Assembly (NCBI GenBank): GCA_012295275.1
Contig: CM022670.1
Location: 31,124,001 to 31,188,000, forward strand
Direction of reading: 5' to 3'
Length of the DNA: 64,000 nt
Origin: Chrysomallon squamiferum
Lineage: Eukaryota; Animalia; Mollusca
The position numbers and the translations under genes are program-made. Shown here piece after piece: positions 57,570 through 64,000 of this stretch (positions are counted from its first letter, which is position 1; the number at the start of each line of letters is the position of its first letter). The notes beneath the pieces are model-generated. The model was given only the letters and a program-made list of their open reading frames with translations, searched no databases and was not told the DNA's origin.

Positions 57570-60500
57570 TATTGTTGTTGTTGATGGTATTGTTACTGGT
57601 GTATTTATAAAATAAATATTTTATTGATTTAAGCTAAAATATTTGGAACCTGATCGCGATAAAATTTTAAATTGTTAGTGCTTTTGTATTTTTGCGGGCT
57701 GTTCAAATCCTATCTCGAGCAAAAATAATCTTTTATTTAAATCTTTTCTGGGACCGTACTAGCCACATAAATACATGTTCTAAATGTAATATTATGAATT
57801 CAAAACTAATGGTAATAAATTTTATGAAAACTATTTTGTTTCGTGGTTACAGTGCCAGTCGTTGATGATTTTAAAATCAGTGGTTTAAGTGACAGATATA
57901 AAGGATCAGTGTAAACATAACAATATATTTTTATTTCGTGTTTTGAGTGTACTGTGGTCTGCTGTTCAGCATTTAAAGCTTACGCATGAAAAGTCGTAAC
58001 ATCAGTATTGTTGATCTCTTTCTCATCGGCTATTCCTCTCCCAGACAATTCTCCACGAGTTCTTTATAAAAGTTTATGGTATGTGTTCTGTGTGGGAAAG
58101 TATACATACTAAAAGATTTCATGTTGCTAACTGGAAAAAAGATAATACATAATATTTTTTTTCCTTATTACTATAACATATGTAAAATGTACAGACGTCT
58201 TCTTGCAATGATGTATGATTAATTTCAAAGAGTTATTTCTACATCTGGTACTTAAATTCCAAAAGAATAGTATTAGCAAAGCCACATTTGGTTTTGTTTA
58301 TTTATTATTTTTAACCCACTTTGGTGTCTATCTCTTTCTTTGGTGGATGTGTACAAGAATATTTGTAGATAACTCTGACCAATCAATCATCGTAAATTTT
58401 GGCGAATAATAAACGAATTAGTGAAAATATTCATTGATGAAATTACAACATCTCTTTATAATACTAAGATTTAATAACTTAAACATAAGAATTTGCTGCA
58501 ATAAATTGACAAAGGAATGTCACAGGTTCTTGGCTATTTTTACAGTAGCCACGAAAGCTCAGACTGTGTGATTTGATATACAGCAAGTGGCATACTGACT
58601 AATACAGAGGAGCCGGTGTCGTCCCAATAGCTCAGATTCCCAATTGTTTGAAATAATTTGCATACAAACTTTCATTAGAGATGGACAATGGTTTATTTAC
58701 CAATATATCTTCTCCATGAACTCTTGAATATATAAGAAGATGTTTTTGAAAAAAAATAAAAAAATCACACCTACCATTCCGAGAATGGCTGGTTTATGCA
58801 ATATAGAATTTGAATGGGAATTCGACCAAAACCCAGGAGCCAAAGAAGATTTATTTTGTGACCCATCATACTCAACATTCATCTAAAACAAAACAAAAAT
58901 TAAAGAAATGATTAATTACTAAGAAAAAATAGATAATATTAAAATATGCTTTTCCATACTTTCGACAAATTCTGTCCGTTTGAAAAAAGTAATAAATGAA
59001 TCATCTCATGTTCATTATATTGTTATAGCGTATTTTTTTTATTAATTTGTTTTTTTTATTAAAATCCTAAAGGTTTATGTTTCACTGATAATAAAATATG
59101 TACCGTAAATTTCGGTTAATATTTTTATTATAGAAAAATCCAGATATTTTTCTAAGAACATTTTATATACAACACTTTTAAAATATCATGTATCATTATA
59201 ACTGATCTATCAGCTCAAAATCAGATCAAGGACATAACGAGTGTCAGATTTTAATTCTAAACTGAAAGAATGTCAGATTATACGGTCCCTAGGATCCATC
59301 GTTATATTATTTTAAATGCCCGCACTTAATGATTTCCTATTCCAAACATTGCTCAACGATGAGTATATTAAAAATTGTGGTATATATTTTCCTGTTTGTG
59401 GAAAGGTGCACATAAGTAATGTTTTGCTGTCGGATAATAAGCATAACCCATACAGTGGCAAAAGTGTATTTCACCTTTCATGTTATCTTTATATCAAATG
59501 ATACGTTTGACACGTAATACATATTAAGATAAAATCCTGTACAATATTTATTTATTCTGTGAGTCATGAATTAAATCAAGTTTGTTGTATATAAGGATTA
59601 ATGGATATATGGATGGATGTACGTATGTATATTATTTGTATGCATTTATTTATTTATTTATTTATTACATTAAAAAAAATTGTATTTATATTCTCAAATT
59701 ATTCATCACATAATTTCATTATAAGTCAGTGAAGTGAATTATATTCAGTTTGAAATTATTTCTGGAATATTTCAAAGTGATTATTCATTTTATGAAAGCC
59801 ACTAGGAAGTACTGAAAAATTTATATTCATCTAAACCAGCAAATATGTTTCTCTTCATTTTTGTTCGATTTCTCTATGCGACTACATGTTCGTTTTCTCT
59901 TTCTTTGCCTTACAAACATATGAAGGAAAAATAATAAATGACTAAAGTTATTTTTCGGGGCAACAGCGGCGCCGTGGTGGGCGTTATGACTTGAGTCCTT
60001 TGTCGTGGCAGTATTTTACTACGACAGATTGTTTCTTATCCGTTAATAGTTTACTTTATGCACATTTATGATATTAGAAATAAACACTTTGAAGATTAGG
60101 AGTAATTTATATTTTATATAAACTTTGATAAACCATTCCGTATTCTTTATTAATGGTATGAAAGAGAAATAGTTTATTAAACGAACTGATAAGAATTGAA
60201 TATGCAAACCTATACCTCTTCAGTCAAGTTCTTTAAACCCACCCCAAACACACACACACACATATGCGCACATACACACATACATACATACATACACGCA
60301 AATGCAAACATACGCATATGTATATAGTAAAATAAATATAATTAATTCTATCATCAACAGGATGAAGCCAAATTCCACTTCTGTTATTTAAAACAAAACA
60401 AAATATTAAAGTATTTACATGCAAACTCCTAGGTCTTCCTCTCCTTTCAGCCACAGCAGCTTGGCTGGCTGAGATAAAAGTGTTCAAGTGTTCTCTTACT

Positions 60501-62034
60501 TAGCTGTTTGCGAGGAAATCGTTAGCAATTTGTATCTGTTCGAGTGTTGGCTTGTGCAAATACGCACTGTGCAGCGTCTTAAGTCAACCGATTTCCGACT
60601 AAATAATGATCCTTTATGATCATCTTCAGCTGCGCTAAGAGGAACGAGTGCAAGAATTTAACTGATTCTGAAGTTAGTCTGATTTTCTTTAGGAAACATC
60701 CCGTTTAGTATTTTTCTTTTCCCGAATTTTTTTTTTACAAAATAACGGTTGTTTGTTGTTTTCATATATATGGCTTTAATTTAATGTGGAGATGACTTCC
60801 TTTTTAGAATTATTGCTATTTTAATGTTGACGTTTAAAATTCTTTATATATTTTTTACCTTTTTTCTCCACCATTTCTTTTTATATGTAAAATCGAACTT
60901 GGACTATTAATTGTCTACACAGATGCGCAGAAGAAAAATAGTCTAGAAGTCATCGGGTCTTTTACCCCTATAGCCATAAAGCGTAGATCTTCAATACATA
61001 AAACTTTGATAATAATATCTACCGGGAAAAAACAACAGCATGAAAAGGTTTCCCTCTTTTACAGCGTCGGTTATCTTATGATCATAAGATGTACTCTGTG
61101 TATTATTCTGAGGTCATTATATTCGTTTTCAGGAAAACAACACGCACGCACAAATACACGCACCAGTTCACGATACTAAATACACTTTTACTTTTGTGTA
61201 TAATTCGTCATTTTAAATAAATTATTTTGTATGTTAACAATAAAAATACTTTTACTGCTACTACCACGGCTACTACTACTCCAGCTACTACTAACCATCA
61301 CCACTACTGCGATTACTACTGCTACTGCTACTGCTTCTGCAATAATTACTATAACTGCTATAAATAATAATAATAACAACAATATTAGGAAAAACCCATT
61401 TAGTACTATGGTGATGAAAACTGTTCTTCTTAAGGGAGTTTATTATTAGAATACCATTCTTCAGTCAGTTTTCGAAAGTATATTGACCTGTAAGTCATTG
61501 TTTTTTTCTAACATATTATTGTTAAATCAGATTATATCGTAACAGTTGTTCGTACTAATGATGTATTACGGAAAGAAGTGAATTCAGCCTGTGATTATTC
61601 ATAGACTCGTGATCATATCGGTTACACGTTTTCCTAGACCCGAGACTTGATAAATCAGTGTAATCCATAATAGGTGTTAGGACTAATGACTCAATTAAAT
61701 GCAGAAAAACATTTTGACTACTCATAGATTATAAATCCAGAAACGAATTCAAACTTTGATTATTCTTAGGTCCTTAAACATTTTCTTTTATTTTTCTCGT
61801 CGTTTAAAACTGCAACCCTGTCTTTGTGTGTAACAGTCCATTAAGAAAAGTTGTTTTTTCATTGGAATATTTCCATTAAATGTCTTTCGTTTATCTGTAA
61901 ACATGAGTTTTGTTAATTGTTAGCATAAGATGTAAATGAATAAATAAAATCTCGTTTAATTAGAAACGGTTATTGTTCATTATAAATACAGATAAAATGT
62001 TTTTGATAGAAAATATTAAAGATGTTTTCTGCTT

Positions 62035-62080
<46 letters not shown>

Positions 62081-62668
62081 CATACATACATACATACATA
62101 CATACATACATACATACATACATACATACAAACATACATACATATGACAAATATATATGATAGTATATGAAAAATAACACTAAACTGAAGTGAAAAAAAT
62201 TAACGTGCTAATCAGAGCAAGCTGTTGTGAAGCACGTCTACATAAGGCACGCTTTCTGACAGGTCAGCGGACGTGTCTGTCGCAGAATAACACTGAAGCA
62301 AGGAAACTTTATATATACCTTCCCAGTGACCCGAAATCTGATACTACTGCAATTGAGAAACGCTAAAATAGCTTAACTAGCACTCTGCTCATGATTCGTC
62401 CTGCTTCTTATGACACCTCAGAAATTCTCTGCATTTAGATATAAAGAAATATGTCAGTCTTCATACTGAACTCGATGGAGTAATGGTTAAACTATCCATG
62501 AAAGTGGAATATCGTCAACAATATAAATGGGAAGGTGGAAGACCTATGCATTCTTTCTTTTCACTGCTTAATCGGTTAACATAATTATTAACATAATTTC
62601 CATGACAGATATGATATCCTTTCCAATATTGTTACTACTGCTACTATGATTATTGTTAGTAGTAGCAG

Positions 62669-62700
<32 letters not shown>

Positions 62701-64000
62701 TTACTACTACTTCTATTACTATTATTATTATTATTATTATTACTATCATCATCATCGTCATCATTATGGTTTTGTTATTAATGATGATGATTATGTTATC
62801 ATTGCTAATGGCGACGATATTTTTATTTTTATTATTTGGTTTCTGTTGCTATTGCCGTTATGGTTCTTGTATTAATTTTATACGCCAAAACATCAAGATT
62901 ACATATTTTGGCATTAATTAGTTAATTCTATTTATTAAATTTTCACGTGCTAATTCATAACAACCTCATCATTTGCAGTCAACATGAATATGTGATTATT
63001 ATAATTATCATCTTTTCATATTTCAGATATTTGAATTGTGACTCTCGAATCATGCAACATTGATATCGCCTTTGACAGATTTTTCTTTACCATTGTTAAA
63101 GAGGGAAAAAAAACTTGAAATGTAATATGTCATTTTGTTTGAAGGTATTATCGCCTTTGACAATAAGCTTACAAGTTAATGTTTATATTGTTCGTTAAAG
63201 AATTCAAAGAAGCGCAATACTGGTATATGAATGATGATGCTATGAGCAATATCGCACGTTTTGGCACAAGATTAAAAGGATAGCATCATAAGCTGGTATT
63301 TAGGTTAACTTTATTGTTAAAATTAAAACATATTTTCTTGTTGTTGTTGCTGCTGCTGCTGTTGATGTTTTATCTTAATACATTTCTGGTTTTGTCGTTC
63401 ATCTGTTCCTGATTTTGTAATTTCTGATATTAATATCACAATTTAAAAAAATGTTTAATGAATATTTTCATGATTATTCCTCATCTAAGACGTTTTTATT
63501 TACATTTTTAACATTTAATAACCATTAGTTTTACTCTTTCTTCTTTTTCTTTTTCACTATCTTTCTTTCACTTTTTCTTTGTTTTTTCTGTCACTTTCTT
63601 ATTTTTCTTTTTTATTGTTTTTTTCTTTCAACGATTCTTTCTTATTATTATTATTTTTATAAGTATTTTTCTTTATATCTTTCTATTTTCTCTTTTATTA
63701 CCTTTTTTTTTTTCTTTCACTTTTTCTTAGTTCCTGCTACTGTTTTCTAGCTAGGTCGGAGAATCGAAAGAGAACGGACACAAGTATGATTAATACAATG
63801 ACATTTTTCTACGTCCATGTCTTGCCTAAACTGGAAATTATTTAAAATCGAACGATATCCGCGAGCCCTTGATTCAGCAATTACCATTATATAAAATATC
63901 AGTTAACCGATCATCGCTCCATACCGAACCTTTTAACTGGTATGAACATTGTTCGATTCTGTAAAATTTCATCTTGATTCTAATGTAATAGAATGTTATA

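Noticed and set aside
57390-57610. His/Tyr-run extension of ORF 57092-57610
   Set aside because: It lies beyond the GTAAGT donor at 57390 and is an intronic (CAT)n/(TAT)n repeat.
60504-60590. Open phase-1 stretch after ttactTAG considered as exon 2 for 1C
   Set aside because: The translation (AVCEEIVSNLYLFECWLVQ...) lacks the TM2 Pro, WxxG and CK motifs.

Overview
This is AT-rich, microsatellite-dense eukaryotic DNA; the style resembles a mollusc such as a cephalopod, but that is inference only. Almost every ORF in the track is an artefact of simple repeats. The real coding content is a + strand locus for rhodopsin-like (class A) neuropeptide GPCRs of the orexin/allatotropin-QRFP-NPFF-CCK receptor neighbourhood. 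One complete 4-exon gene can be spliced by hand: 40212-40443, 46113-46208, 47574-48259 and 50290-50757, giving 493 aa. Two further intact first coding exons (N-terminus, TM1, ICL1 and half of TM2) end at the same phase-1 GT donor. The one at 22779-23151 has no downstream exons of its own that I can find and looks like a duplicated alternative first exon for the same receptor body (540 aa isoform). The one at 57092-57389 probably begins a tandem paralogue running off the window. Non-coding features include a MITE resembling mammalian Tigger4/Zombi, several degenerate minisatellites and two perfect hairpins.
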